Shown: positions 32,696 through 48,350 of the stretch, piece by piece | Layout: the number at the start of each line of letters is the position of its first letter | How positions within the stretch are numbered: the first letter of the stretch is position 1 | Made by a program: the position numbers and the translations under genes | Assembly (NCBI GenBank): GCA_951406725.2 | Contig: OX597818.1 | Location: 145,266,001 to 145,330,000 of the forward strand | Source: Octopus vulgaris | Lineage: Eukaryota | Reading direction: 5' to 3' | DNA: 64,000 nucleotides | Notes under the pieces: model-generated | What the model saw: the letters and a program-made list of their open reading frames with translations, nothing else | Told to the model about the DNA's origin: nothing | Databases searched by the model: none

Positions 32696-34018
32696 CAAAG
32701 CCTAATGAGACAATTAAGCATCATCTACTCGGTCTTTTGACATGCAGGTCATAGTAGCTAATTCTCCCTACCGTCTTGGATATCAGTGAGCCTTGTCGTA
32801 AATATAGAAAAAGATAAGATGATGACTGTCGGAACGTCGACTCGATCAAGGAAGGGCAAGGGAGTAAGCAGCAAGGTGATGATTATTTAACTGGAGATGA
32901 AAAGCCACCACAAGATAAAGAATGAAGATAAAGCATAAGTACATGAATAGGAATAAAGAAATTAAGTCCCAACTGGAAAAGCAACTATGTAGAACCTGCA
33001 AATCTCGGTTTCACCCCATCTACAAAGTGCAATAGTTACATTTCTGTTGTTGTGTCTGCCTATAGACATATATTCGCCAAAAACGATACACTCCAGTAAT
33101 CATGAATTATAATGATTATTAAATACACCATCTTCATATATTTTCTGAGAGTGTTGTCTCATCCTAGCTTTCTCTTTCTTTCTTATCTCTCTCTCTACTT
33201 CTCATCTCTCTCCCTCTCTTATCTTTCTCTCTCTTTCTCTCTGTCTCTCCCTTTCTCTCACACACACCCAACGTTTGTCTGTCCATCTCTGATTTTAATT
33301 GATGCCTCAATGAACCGAAATTTCCGCCATCTTCTTGTTTTTCAAATGTTCGCTTTCGAAACAGACTCCTGTCTTTTGTCGTCTGCCATCTTTTGCTATA
33401 AGCTATTTAAGAAACGGACAGTAATCTGACATTTCCTAAAATACGCCGGACTTTATCGTAGTTTTACGGTAAAATGACTACATCTAAACATCCATCCACA
33501 AACGCGCGCGCACACACACACACACAGACACACACACATGCATATAAGCATATAAAAATAAATGTGTATTTTCCTGAATGTCTTTGTCCGGAAAATTTTG
33601 ATTGTTGTTTTATAAAATGCTGTTGGTATATTAAAATAACTGTATACCGTGAGGGTAGATAGAATAGGAAATTGATAGAAAAGTGTGGACTAGAATGAAT
33701 TGCACACTTTGATAATATACTTGAATCTACGCAGTTTCTCGATCTGCAAGAAATAGAAGCGAACTTCCCTCTTATCCCTCCATCTTAAAAACAAAGTCCA
33801 CATTAGCCAGACTTATATCTCGTTGGTAAATTCCTCCAGTTTTTAATTACACATGGGTTTTTCAACTTACACCCTCTGTTGCTCATTCTAACTTACTTTA
33901 CTGTAAATACTTAAAAAATTGTTTTTAAAATAATAATATCATTGCCTGACTTCCAAAGAAGGACCTTAATTATATACGTTTATACAGTTTATTATACAGT
34001 TTATACACGTTTCTTTAC

Positions 34019-34299
34019 CTTTTACTTGTTTAAGTCATTAGACTGCGGCCATTCTGGGTCATTGTCTTGAAGAAATTCAGTCGAAAGAATCGACCTCAGT
34101 CTTATATAATTTTTTGAAGCTCGGTACTTATTCTATTGGTCTTTTTTGCCGAACTGTTAAATTTAACAGTTCACAAGGCTTTAAATTTAACAGTTCACGA
34201 GGCTTTAGTCGACCCGAGGCTATAGTAGAAAACACTCAACTCAAGATGCCACCCGGAACTCTGTGGTTGGGAAGCAAACTTCTTACCACCCAGCCGCAC
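34019..34299 (-). mobile_element. SINE family B (internally deleted)
   Basis: GTCATTAGACTGCGGCCAT…GGTACTTATTCTAT…CCCGAGGCTATAGTAGAA…TGTGGTTGGGAAGCAAACTTCTTACCAC. Confidence 0.75.
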
Positions 34300-34962
34300 T
34301 TGTACAGAGATGTTATTTTTACAAGGAATCATCTTGTGTAAGACAAGGGTATTTTAAATATGCATCCTTTATATTCCTTTCTGTACAAATCACCAACTTC
34401 TCTATAAGAATACTTTGTACGAAAATTATGAAGTATTATTTTACTTACGCTAATTTCCAGGCCGTTTTTCACACATGCTTTATATATGCAGTCATGCAGA
34501 AATATATTTTTCATTAACTACGTTTAATAATGATAAATCATCCGAAGATTGACGTTTTTATGTATTTAATTCTCTGTTCAAAAGTTGTATGTCAAAGATT
34601 TTATTTGCCACAATACTAAGTCTGAATTCTTTCAAATCTAACCTTTCAGGTTATATGTACTATATTCGTATGGCCTTCTCTAAACTTAACAGTTTTTCAA
34701 AGCCAATATCTTTGAATTATTCCATGTTAGTTTTATATATTCATCTCCAGACAGATTTCATTTAGATCCAAATTTTTATGTACATACGTTGTTTCAAATT
34801 AAACCATATGTTACCGGTTCTACTTTTAACATAGGTTTCAAATTTTGGTACAAATCCAGTAATTTCATTAAGTATTTTACATCAACCCCAGTGTGCAGCC
34901 GGTACTTATTTGTTCGACCTCGAAATAACACACTGTCCCACACAACCTACCACACATATATG

Positions 34963-35777
34963 CATGTATGAACAAAAACAATTGAAACAACTTGTTAAAT
35001 GAAAATTTAATAATTTCGTATGAAGCTTGTCCTCCATTAGCTGCAATTGCGGTTCTAATACGTCGAGGAAGTGATTCATATAGGGTGTCAAGGTTTGTTA
35101 GGGGAATTTTGAGCTATTCTTGAAATAAAACATATTTTAGCTCTTTCAGCGACTATACCCGAATGAAGTAGCTTCTTATTTGCTGCTCCCAAATGCACCA
35201 TAAATCTCCTATTATATGGAGATCCAGTGATTGTGTGTGTGAGAGGATAGGGGAAGGGCAATCCAATTGCTCTACCGCCCTTCGTTCAATTTTGAATGGC
35301 ATTAGCCCTTTGCATCGGTGCATATCGCCCAGGAAGATTGCTTTTCCATCAGGTAACAATGTTCGTACCATTGGGTGGACATGAAAAGGAGAAACACTCA
35401 GATAATGCCTGCCGTCAACTCCATCATGCAGAACAACTAAAGGGTTAAGATAATTTTTTGATATGTCTGCCTAAATAATCACAGAACAATCTCCATACAT
35501 CTGATGATTTTATCGAGTGTACATCTGAAAATGGTAAGTTCAGAGACTGAAGCGTTAGTCATCTGCACCCTGACAATTTGTCATTTTTGGAAATGAGAGA
35601 GGTCACGCATTTTAACTGATGCCAATGTAAATAACTGGGGAAAATAGGAAAACGACGCAGTATATCATGATGTAAAACACATATATACGGAAAAGAACAG
35701 TTTTGAATTTGCCATATTGCCAAAAGAAAAAATAGTTAAGTAAAAAATGCCGATTCCATTATTTTGTCCGACCCATG
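34963..35777 (-). mobile_element. Tc1-like transposon remnant with degenerate TIRs
   Basis: Minus strand VHPMVRTLLPDGKAIFLGD…QSLDLHIIGDLWCIWEQQIR…LYESLPRRIRTAIAANG. The ends CATGTATGAACAAAAACAATTGAAAC and GATTCCATTATTTTGTCCGACCCATG are imperfect inverted repeats. Confidence 0.7.
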
Positions 35778-35784
35778 AATACAT

Positions 35785-35824
<40 letters not shown>

Positions 35825-36064
35825 ACACAGGCACGCACACACACACAAACACACTCACACACATACACACACACGCACACTCACACACACATACACACAT
35901 AACACTATGTATCGGAAGCCATAACAAAGAATGGCGAATTTCTCATCTTTATATAAAATGTTCCAACATATAAGATTCTGTTATGTATACATAAGTATCT
36001 TAGTGTCTTTAGATGCGATTCTTCTGTGTATATGCATCTCGGTCTCTCTGTCTCTGTCTCTGTC

Positions 36065-36171
<107 letters not shown>

Positions 36172-36246
36172 CATACATACATATGCATATATATATATGT
36201 ATATATGCATATATATATACATACATATATATATATAAATAGATAC

Positions 36247-36323
<77 letters not shown>

Positions 36324-36577
36324 CACACATACACACAAAAATACATATAAGTGTGTATATGTGATTGTCAATATGTGAATATGTTTCCACGTGAGTTGTA
36401 CGTGTGTGTATTGTTTGGAAGAAAAACTACGATAGTTCTTCATATTTATGTAGCTTTAAACCAACGATGTTAAAAGCAAATGAACTTCTTAACAAAGAAC
36501 ACAAAAGAGAAAAAAATAAAATCACAAGACACACGCTGGAACCAACACTCATCGCAACATCGGAAGACAAATGCATG

Positions 36578-36637
<60 letters not shown>

Positions 36638-37306
36638 GACAATAACAATGAGATTAATAACAACAAATACAATAACTAAAACACTGACAATATCAACAAC
36701 GATGAGAATAGCTAGTACATAAGCAATGTCGCCGGCAACAAGTTTTAATAGATGCTCTTATGTTAGCATAACACTTCATTCTATTCTCATACCTTTTATG
36801 AAATTCGTCTTTTCGATAATGGATGAACAGGAGCGGGATGTGTGCGGGCGAGTTGTGTGTGTGTGTGTATGGGTGTGTATGTATGGGTTTGTGCGTATGT
36901 GTCCGTATTTATGATGCATATATATATATATATATATATATACATCTATGTATATGTTTATGGAAGTATGCATAGATGTACGTATGTAAATATGGTGCTC
37001 TTATTTACGTACGTACGCATGCATTTATGTACGAATGCATGTGTATTGTATGTTTGCGTTTATGTTTTCTGGAAGTTACTCCGAATGGATATATTTATGA
37101 AGGCGTTTGACTATGTATGAACAAACACATACGCGCATATTTGACAAAAAGACACGCAAACACACACACATACGCACACACATATATCACTGCATGTAGG
37201 GATGTCCACATATTTGTACACTCGGCAAACATATAATCTATGTGTCTGCATTCATGTACATATGTATATCTATATGTAACTGTAAATGCATACACACACA
37301 CAAACA

Positions 37307-37399
<93 letters not shown>

Positions 37400-37425
37400 T
37401 ATACATACATATCATATATACATAC

Positions 37426-37484
<59 letters not shown>

Positions 37485-37486
<2 letters not shown>

Positions 37487-37526
37487 GGAGAATTCACAAA
37501 AAATAACAAAGGACGAAGACAGGTGA
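37485..37526 (-). mobile_element. Ultra-short 3' terminus of the 29.6 kb Penelope-like family inserted in (TA)n
   Basis: GGGGAGAATTCACAAAAAATAACAAAGGACGAAGACAGGTG is the reverse complement of ~29655-29695, with TA repeats on both sides. Confidence 0.7.
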
Positions 37527-37901
37527 TATATATATATATTTATGTATATGTGTGTGTATATATATAAATACACACACACATATATATATGTCTATGCAAT
37601 GCACACACTTATTAGCAAACAGACACAGACACACACTCATACACATTCACACACATACACATGCAGATACATATTTTTGTTCGCTGTTTATTCCACGTCT
37701 AGCGGATGGTGACTTACGTAAACATTCAATATGTTTGATTAAGCCAACACTAGAGAAACTTCGAAATCACTTTCAACATCATAATAATATACATTATACT
37801 TTGAGCTTTTATTGCTTCTTTTATTCAATGAATGCTTGTTGTACTTAGAAAAAAAACACACATATATTGCATAAGGTGTGCATCTACGCATACATAGATA
37901 C

Positions 37902-37993
<92 letters not shown>

Positions 37994-39655
37994 ATATGTA
38001 TATGTATACTAATTCATACATACTCACATGATCACATAGTTAAAAGTGTAAGTGATAAGTATGGATGGAGAGATTATATTACTGAATCAATAAGACTAGA
38101 GAATCGTGAAAGATTATAGTTGCGCAGTGAGATATAAATTTTAAGAGGAAGCTGATCAACTGAATAACGATAGTCAAATATGGACACAGAAGCCAATATA
38201 TATATATACACATATATATATGTCTATATATATTTATATATACAATATATATATATATATGTCGTTTTGTCCCATGTCTCTAGTTGAAAGAGACATATAT
38301 ATGTAAATATGTATATTTGCATATATATATATGTGTGTATGTATGTATGTCTGCAAGTATGCCGATATTTTTGTGCGTACCTGAAATTGGGTGTATGAGC
38401 GTGTTGTTGCTGCTGTTGTGTGTATGTATGTGCACGCGTGCTTCTCTGTGTACGTGTACGTGTCTGTGTATACAAGAATAAATTGAAATGGAGCTAAAGG
38501 AGCAGGAAATAGATATGAAAGTCAAATTACAGTCAAATTTATTAAATGGCTCATCATACTAAATGAATAAGGAAAACAAAGAATGAATAAAAACAAAAAT
38601 TATAATAACAATCGAAATCTAAGCAACATACAGTTCATTAGAATGCAGATATTCAATTAAAAATGAAATTGATAAAATCAGAAAGCAATGAATAACAAGT
38701 ATTTTGTAGGTTCACGCAATGACGTTCTGTCATAGCAGCCATGTTGTCTTGCCGTTCGTCTGGTCCGGTCGCCATTTCTGTTAGCTTTTAGCAACCTTGA
38801 ATACAAATTTAAAAATGACAGCGGCTGTTGATCTTAAAACGTTTGACTACTATATTTAGAGGCGTTTTCAAAGCTTTTGAAATAATATCTAGAAGGGAGA
38901 GAATGATATATAATATGAGAAGGGAATGGAGAGACGAGATAAATAAAATAGAAGAAAATTAAATGAAGAGAATAAATCAATAAACGCGCACAAATAAATA
39001 CTTGCATAAACCTACTCGCAACGCACATGCGTAGATAGGGACGCACGTGCACACACACATTAGCTGACCGAAATCAAACTAATGTCGTTTTATGTTATAT
39101 ATAATGATATCGCATTAATAATTATCATAACTGTAATCCAAGCCACGATTACCATCTTCATCATCATCATCATCATCGACGTCATCGTCATTGTCGTTGT
39201 CATAACGATGATGATGATGATGACGACGACGACGACGATGATGATGTTGATGATGGTGATGATGGTGATCATCATCATCATCATTTTTATTATAATTAGC
39301 ACAATCATCGTATTCCCAGTCGTCGTTTCATCGTAGTCGTCGTCGCCGTCGTCATGATGATGATGATAATGACGACGACGATGATGATCACCATTATTAT
39401 GACAAAAATAAATGCTGTTGATATTAATGATGATGACGACGACGATCATCATCATCATCATCATCATCGTCATCATCATCGTCATCATCATTAAGAACAG
39501 CAGTATTTTTTTGCCATTATAAAATCATAACCATCTTCCTTGTTATCATCACGAACACCATCATCTAACCCGCGATCATGATTATCATCATTTTCATTAT
39601 AACCAGCATAATTATCATATACCTTGTCGGTACCGTCGTCGTTATCGTCGTCTCT

Positions 39656-39693
<38 letters not shown>

Positions 39694-40165
39694 ATCATCA
39701 TCATCATCATCATCATCATTATCATCATCAAAGAACACGAAAATTGTATTTGACCCAAGTCACAGATGTTTCATCTTTTCTGCCCGGAACGTTGACAACT
39801 GATTGCATCATTATAATATTTATAACATTAATATTACCATTAATAATCATCTCCAAGGTCACGAGCTGTATACCCGATGCTTTCCCGATATATGTTTTAA
39901 TTACTCTGTAATATAAACTCAGAACATAACAGCAAATAACTTTGTACTGTAACACATCGTGCTCGTTTTTACCATTACTATCATAGGTGAATAATGAATC
40001 CTTATATGGATTGAATGCCTTCAGCTTTTGAGATAAGAGGGACAGTCTATTAATCCAAACCGTTCTTGTATCGACTAAGGCTTATTTAAGCAATAACAGG
40101 AAGATGAAAGGCAAAAAGCTGATCTGGGTGGGATATGGACTCCGAACACAGAAATAAAAGCATCA

Positions 40166-40411
<246 letters not shown>

Positions 40412-40593
40412 GAATATAACCTGCGACTTTTATAACTTACATTCTATTGCACAATTGCTATCCTATAAATCATACATTCACACATCTTTTCCAGTCACAA
40501 CACAAAACTATAAACATATGCCACAACTCACTCTCTACTGACGTATTGAGTATTTTTCATGATATTTGTATACATAACTGTTGCTCTCAGTAC

Positions 40594-40681
<88 letters not shown>

Positions 40682-41128
40682 CTATCTTTCTAACTTTTTG
40701 ATTAGAAATTCTAACATATCTGGTTTCTTTATTTAGGCTTTTTTTTTTTCGCATCCCTCGAAAAGAAAAATTCTACATTGTTATTGTCCCCTCTGTGTCT
40801 AGCCCTGTGTGGCCAATAAAGAAAGTTATATTTAGGTTTCGATATTGCATTTACGATACTTAATGAGAGTGAAATGCTTATATGAAATTGAAATATTAGT
40901 ATTCAACTGCAAAGAAAAACATTTGCGAATAAAACATTCCTCCAAATGGTTCTCATCCTTTCACAAATGACGAAGGAATCGCTGACAAAAGTAATTTCAA
41001 GTGAGTCCCAGTCAGCACAGTGTTGTGTTTTGTTGGTATGACTCAGTCATAACGAATACAATCATGACGATGGTGTGAAGGATGAAGCGGGAAACACTGT
41101 ATGTGTCTCTTTCCTCTTTTATACGTGC

Positions 41129-41446
41129 TTCTTCTTCTTCTTCGCCCTTCTCAAGCCTAACCAGGCTCATGGGCCCGGTTTCTCGGTTTCTGTGGCGTAT
41201 ATGTTCCCCCCAGCTGGACGGGGCACCAGTCCATCGCAACGTTACTCAATAAACAGGAAGAGAGAGAGAGTGAGAGAAAGTTTTGGCGAAAGAGTACAAC
41301 AGGGTCGCCACCATCCCCTGCCTGAGCCTCGTGGAGCTTTTAGGTGTTTTCGCTCAATAAACACACACAACGCCCGGTCTGGGAATCGAAACTGCGATCC
41401 TCCGACCGCGAGTCCACTGCCCTAACCACTGGACCATTGCGCCTCC
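41129..41446 (-). mobile_element. Chimeric SINE: family C head with family D tail and (GAA)n end
   Basis: Head matches the 18263 and 59542 copies; the 3' half matches 47073-47175. TSD TTTTATAC(G/A)TGC. Confidence 0.85.
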
Positions 41447-42597
41447 TTTTATACATGCACAAACACAAAAGATGATTGCAAAGATAATCAACAGAAAAAT
41501 ACTAAATAAATAAATAAAATACGAACCAGATTGAATTTCAACTGAAAACTTTATATGGAGAAATATAACATTTTATGCATCAATATTTATTTTCTTTTGT
41601 ATTTTCATATATATGACGTAAGCAACTTCTTTCATTCTCTAAATTAACTCTATGACAAAACTTTGAAATCGTTTGTATCCACCGCTAAATTTAGATTTCA
41701 GAAATGCACTGACGATGTCAATTGAGAATGATTTACGTACATGCAATTGAAACAGGAAAATTGTTAACCCTGCTTGTATTCCATGTTTTCCAAGTTCATT
41801 TTCGAAATTTACTTCTCAAAGCTTAAAAAAGACATTTGAAGCCAAAATAAGTAATTTCTTAGTTTTCTTTCCCATAATGCAAATACCGAATGAAGGACCG
41901 TAAAACATGCCATACGTCCATACATATGAATATACACACATGCATACATGCATGCATACATACATACATACGCACATGCATACATGCATGCATACATACA
42001 TACATACACATATTATGTATATGTATGCATATATGTGTTTGAGTGTGCATGCCTGTGTATATATTCATGAACACATGTACACACGCACGCACACATACAT
42101 ATACACACACAGACATACACACAAACGCATGCTTATGTATATTTCAGTGTTTGTGTACGAGTGTGTATGCGCGTGTCAATATGAGCCTCTGCACGCGTAC
42201 GTATGTTTGCGTGTATGTGTGTGTGTGTGTGTGTCTTTGAGATATTCTGATGATAGATGCATCTTTTTCTCAAGTCAGTAACTGCTTCATTACCATCACC
42301 GAAGCCGTGAGCAATGTTGTTAACCTCACAAATTATGCAGAACTTGCATCGCCTAACTAATTCACTAACTAACTAAATATACATACGGGAAAATGAGAGC
42401 AAATAATATGTCGTTTGAATGAAGCAACCGCCGGATATTTTATAGACACATATTCGTACATACACATATTATATGTATATCATAGATATTATACCATACA
42501 TATATGTATATATATATATGTATACACACACACACATATATATATATATACACATTATATGCAACATTATATGTGTGTGTGTATATATATATGTATG

Positions 42598-42681
<84 letters not shown>

Positions 42682-42858
42682 ATATTGTGTGTGAATGTAT
42701 AACCATGACGAAAGAAAACGCTGTGCCTCCTCTCCGTGCACTTGTTATACATCTCAAACTCTAAAATACTACGCTTGTTCCTAAGTTGCTGGATTATGAA
42801 ACTCTATCTTCTCTTTGTCTCTGTGAGTATGTGTAAGTCGATTTGTCTGCCCGCATGC

Positions 42859-42987
<129 letters not shown>

Positions 42988-43230
42988 CTCTTTACACTTT
43001 GCATCATGACATTTCTGTAATACACGATCCCTATTGATCGTTTTTTTCCAGGACTTCCGCAGTACTCTTAAAGCTAGGTACTTTCCAGCACCCTTTCGTA
43101 TAATACATACATTTATACATACATATATATACATGTACATGTAAATATATATATGTGTATATTATGTGTATTATGTGTATTACATGCAAATGTATATATA
43201 CGTATGTATATATATATATATATATATATG

Positions 43231-43543
<313 letters not shown>

Positions 43544-43927
43544 CATACACATATACATATATTTATATATATGCATATACGATTGAGTGGACAAACAAAT
43601 GAAAAAGGCACTCAACACATTCAGTAGGAGTTATATGTATTGTTATTTAAAATAGTTACATTCGGATCCATACGGCTTAAAGTTTCGCAGGCCTCTAACC
43701 AGATCCTGTCTCTTTCAGTCTTTGACTACCGCTATGTGATTATTAGATGTTAGATCATTAGGGAAATTGTAAGTCCTTATGGAATCTTTATTTTTATTCT
43801 TGTGTTCTTTTATTTCATCATTCCAAGCACACTAGTAGTTATTATATTGTTTCTCTCCTCAATACTCTAATCTTGTCTATTCTCATTTTCAAGATCCTTG
43901 CATTATGTTAATAATTCAGGCAACTGA

Positions 43928-44140
43928 AGGCGATGCACTGGCAGAATGGTTAGCACGCTGGGCAAAATGCGTGGCGGCATTTCGTTCGTCTCTATGTTCT
44001 GAGCTCTAATTCCACCGAAGTCGACTTTACATTTCATCCTTCGTGGGGTCGGTAAAATAGAACCAGTTGAGTATTGGGGTGAACGTAATCGACCTACTCT
44101 CTCCCTCGCACTTGATGGCCTTGTGCCAAAATTTGAAATC
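43928..44140 (+). mobile_element. SINE family A (older copy)
   Basis: Visible similarity to the 48351 and 58115 copies; CCTTGTGCCAAAATTTGAAA tail. Confidence 0.8.
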
Positions 44141-44559
44141 GATATTTCAGACAGCTTCTATGCAATGTTTTGGGCAGCTGAAATTACCTGAGTTGTTTAT
44201 ATCCGGTTTATTTGCTTAAATTGTGTTGCATTGTTTGTAATGATAGAATGTTCATATTCAGAGTTTGGTGTATTTTTTAAAGTGTTTTTTAATTCAATTT
44301 TTTTCGCAGTCAAATTACGGCAAATTGCCTAATGAATATATGCACATGATTATGCCTTCTTTCATTAGCCCAGTAATCTTATTTTTATTGCGTATTTAAA
44401 CCACCTCGCTCTGATTGCCCTGGACATATAAAGAGCTTTGTTTGAAGTTTACCATTATGTATTGCATTATGATTATTCTACATAATATTTGTATCGTGCC
44501 AATTACTGCTATTCTATTCAAAGTATTCTATATAAATACCGTTTCTACTAAGCTCTATT

Positions 44560-45300
44560 ATACTGACTCTACATTTCATATGTGCCACTTGCTGCTATTT
44601 TTGTATATTGCATTTGTGTGTAAGTCCTAGGATTTCAGTGATGTAATTGTCTGCTCTCTTTTATAGTTTACGAGGCACCTATTATTATGGGAATTATTTT
44701 TGTTCTCAATTTCTTCTTTCTGCATATTTCTATTTGCAGATATTTATATTTGGACTGAATCTCTATTTCAGTCAGGGATATAATGTTGCCTGCTGGAACT
44801 GATACAACTGTCAAGAGACATTATAGTTTTTCATGATATTCTTTGACAAAAATATCCCAGAAATGTTTCTCCTTATCTGTATGAATTGACATATGCCAGA
44901 GTATAGACATTTTGTCATTCGCTGGTACATCATATGGTGTGTGAAAGTACTATCCCTTAGATTTCTTTATGTAAAACATTTATTTAGTCCAGTCATATCT
45001 GCTTCAATAATTCACTTCTGTTGAAGACTGTGAGGTTAGAAATAATGTATTTATTTCCCGTGTTCAAATACTTTTCTATTATGTTTTCATTATATGTTTT
45101 TCATAGTTTCACGTGGGAAGTCTTTGGTCATGAGTCGCAAGCAAGAGGACTAAGTGTTGATCTCTCATTCAGAGCCCCTCCCCTTTTTTTTACTAAAACT
45201 TTTTCGGTTTTGTTGGGCATTGCCCATTTAAAATTATTGCCATATCTAAAATGTACAACTTTAGAACTCTTTTCTCTTGCATAGCATTTATAGTCTTGTT
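44560..45300 (-). mobile_element. R4/Dong-type RLE domain remnant
   Basis: Minus strand: LATHDQRLPT.NYEKHIMK … ILWHMSIHTDKE … DIFVKE … SKYKYLQIEICRKKKLRTKIIPIIIGA … NIQKIA. Confidence 0.7.
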
Positions 45301-46114
45301 GGTGCTGTCCTATTCGGTCTCGAATTAATCAGCATTATGTAAGTGAGATTAGGATTTGATCTTGCCGCGTTGCCTTATTTAGTTGCGTTTCATCTCGCGC
45401 AAGATATTGCATCATGATCTGTATGTTTAATGTTTATAGTTTTCGCGCTATAGTTTAGTGAGAAAGTATCTAGATGCCTGCTATAGGACATACATTGGCG
45501 GCTAGTTGTGTGACTTTGTGCTTATGTAACGAAAATAATTTAGTAATTAGAATTATTATTATATTTACAAAATAAACACAAGGCCATATATCTACCTCTT
45601 GCAGACTTTGGGTGAACTGGACTAACATCTCTATTGCTCTGCTGATGTACTACCGCTTGACTGTTGTGCCTGGCTCCAAGAAAAATCTCATGGAGCAGAA
45701 TGTATACAATTTCAGTACTAGAATGAGGGACAGATCCTACTGATCAGGATCTCCATCTGAAGGGTAGGGGCGGTATTTCGAGGATGATGATGAGTAGGGA
45801 TGTGCTGAGGGCAAATACAGCTGCAAGAGATTTCGAACGATGAAGATAGTGAACACCTGATGGGGCAACACATCTCTTCGCAGCTTGCCTATTTGTTTGG
45901 TCAGCTGTCCTAGGTTAAGTGGAAAATGAGGTTGAGCCTTTGGTAGTTGGAATATTGTTATCGCTCACTGACCTCTGTCATCTAGAAAATATGGCTGGTG
46001 AAGTGTCAACTCATTCACTGTTTCAACTTCCTTTCCCCATTATTCTTTGCGTGGTGCTGATCCCACGCTCAAAATAAATTCAATAAAACCAGGTACAAAA
46101 TTCTTAATATAATA

Positions 46115-46980
46115 AACCATCATTTTAATATGGGCGATCTGAAGCTGCTTGCAAGGCATGACCAAAAAAGTAGAAGAGCTGCTAGCATCTGTTAAAGAGT
46201 TTAACAATGACGTCAAGATAGATTCTGGTCTTGGTACGTGTGCTAAAGCAACATCCATTAAAGGTAGGCTAAAAGAAAGCAACTTCCATTAAATTAGATA
46301 TCGACACTACCACCAAGGAATTTGACCCACAAGAAAATAATAGATACCTGGACGAAGATGGCATACGTCATGCTTCTGTGAAGGAAAAAGTAAGAAAGGA
46401 GAATTATAGAAGAATTACACTTATACTTATGACTGAACATAACTCTAAAAATCATGACATTTCCAGTACAGTTTTAACATCATTAACTTGAATCCTAAGG
46501 AATTCCAACGCATGGACAGGAAGACAAGAAAATTATTCACATCTAAGAACATACACCACCCTAAGGCAGACGTTGACCGTCTGTTACCTATCTAGAAGCA
46601 ATGGGGGAAGAGGAATGTTGCAATTAGAACTCCGCTATAAGACCTTCACAATAGAAATGAACAGGTACTTATCTAGAAGCTTATAAGTTCACAAGGGAAC
46701 TAGACGTTAACATTGAATCAAACGGAAAGCCTGAAATAATTTGCTACTAAGCAAACAAAATGAATCAAGTAGACTAGAAAAAAGAACGGGCAGAAACAAA
46801 TTGAGGAACGGTGGAGCCAGAAGCCCCTACATAGGTAAAGTATTCTTCGAACTAAAAATGCTGATGTAGATAAAGCAACAACCCCATGAGTAGCTGAGAA
46901 GTTCAGAATTGAAAGTAGATACGGAAGACAATGCTGAAAGCACAAGACCAAAGCTTACTTATCAGAAATTAGCAGGCTAA
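46115..46980 (+). mobile_element. R4/Dong-type RT/thumb remnant
   Basis: YMGDLKLLA…LLASVKEFNNDVKIDSGLGTCAKA … DRKTRK … HHPKADVDRL … GGRGMLQLE … AQDQSL. Confidence 0.7.
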
Positions 46981-47002
46981 TGTTCTGCAAAACGTTACTG
47001 AC

Positions 47003-47195
47003 TGGGCGACGCGTTGTGTTCTTGAGCAAAACACTTCATTTCACGTTGCTCCAGTCCACTCAGCTGGCAAAAATGAGTAACGCTGCGATGGACTGCCGTC
47101 CCGTCCAGCTGGGGAACACATACGCCATAGAAACCGGGAAACCGGGCCCATGAGCCTAGCTAAGCTTTAAAAGGTCGCATTTATTTTTTATTTTA
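47003..47195 (+). mobile_element. 5'-truncated SINE, family D (MetaSINE-like body, tentative)
   Basis: TTGTGTTCTTGAGCAAAACACTT…TCCACTCAGCTG…AATGAGTAAC…GCGATGGACT…GAAACCGGGAAACCGGGCCCATGAGCCT. Confidence 0.7.
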
Positions 47196-47636
47196 CGTAA
47201 GAATGGACGAAATGCCGTTAAGCATTTTATTCGGTGAGCTAACGATTCTTCCAGCTCGCAATAACAACAACAATAATAATAGTAAACATCTCCTACAGAC
47301 AGTATCTCACAAGCTGCTGCCATATTTGCAAGCAGAGGATAAAAATATCACACGTGAGGCCTGAAATTAATTAGAGCAGTGTTTATTGTCCATATTTACT
47401 GATGCAGAGCACGTCTGGACGCCAAACTTACGTTTCTAAATTGGATTATTATGGCGATACACACAACTTCTTTTTTTTACATTTTTCTTTATACTTTGCT
47501 GGCTTTCATTTTCTTTTGTGGCTTACAAATTTTTTTATTTTTCCTTTTACCATGTGAAAGTAGAAGAGGATTGCTTTTTGGGTGTTTTGTTATAGGCGCT
47601 GTGATTATCCTCCTCCTCCTCCTCCTCCTCCTCCTC

Positions 47637-47699
<63 letters not shown>

Positions 47700-48350
47700 A
47701 TGGTTCTGCTGCTGCTGCTGTTGTTGTTGGTGTTGCTGTTGTTATTGTCTTTGTTACTATTATAGAAACAATAAAAACAATAAAAACTAAATAAAAAAAA
47801 ATACTTCCTCGTTTTCTCGTGTAAATAGTTTATTTTTCTCACTTCTCTGATGGAGTCTTTCTTTTCTTCATCTCCAAATGAAGCATGAAATTGGCTGAAT
47901 AACATAAGGGAAATGTCAAAGAGTTGCTGGGTCGTTACTATTGTTGTTATTGATGTTGTTATTATTGTTGTGATGGGTATGAAACGAATAAAGCCAAAGG
48001 AAGAAGAAGAAGAAAAAAGTCAAATTGAGAGAGAGAGAGAGAGAGAAAAAAAATCAACCGTTCCTCTCCTATATTATTTAGTTAAAGTGTTGCTGTGTTG
48101 TTTTTAGATAGTTTTGTTGTTGTTGTTGTTGTTGTTGTTGCTATTATTAACTTTGCAGCTAACGTTGCTGTTGCTATTGCATTTCATAACATTGTTGTTT
48201 TCATTGGTGATAATGATGGTGAGGCTGATGATGATGATGATAATGATGAAGATACGGTGATGATGTAATAATGTCGCTGTTACTGTTGTTGTTTTGCCCT
48301 GTGTCAGGATTGATTGGGCAAAAATATGATTAAAGGTATTCCACAGGTGA

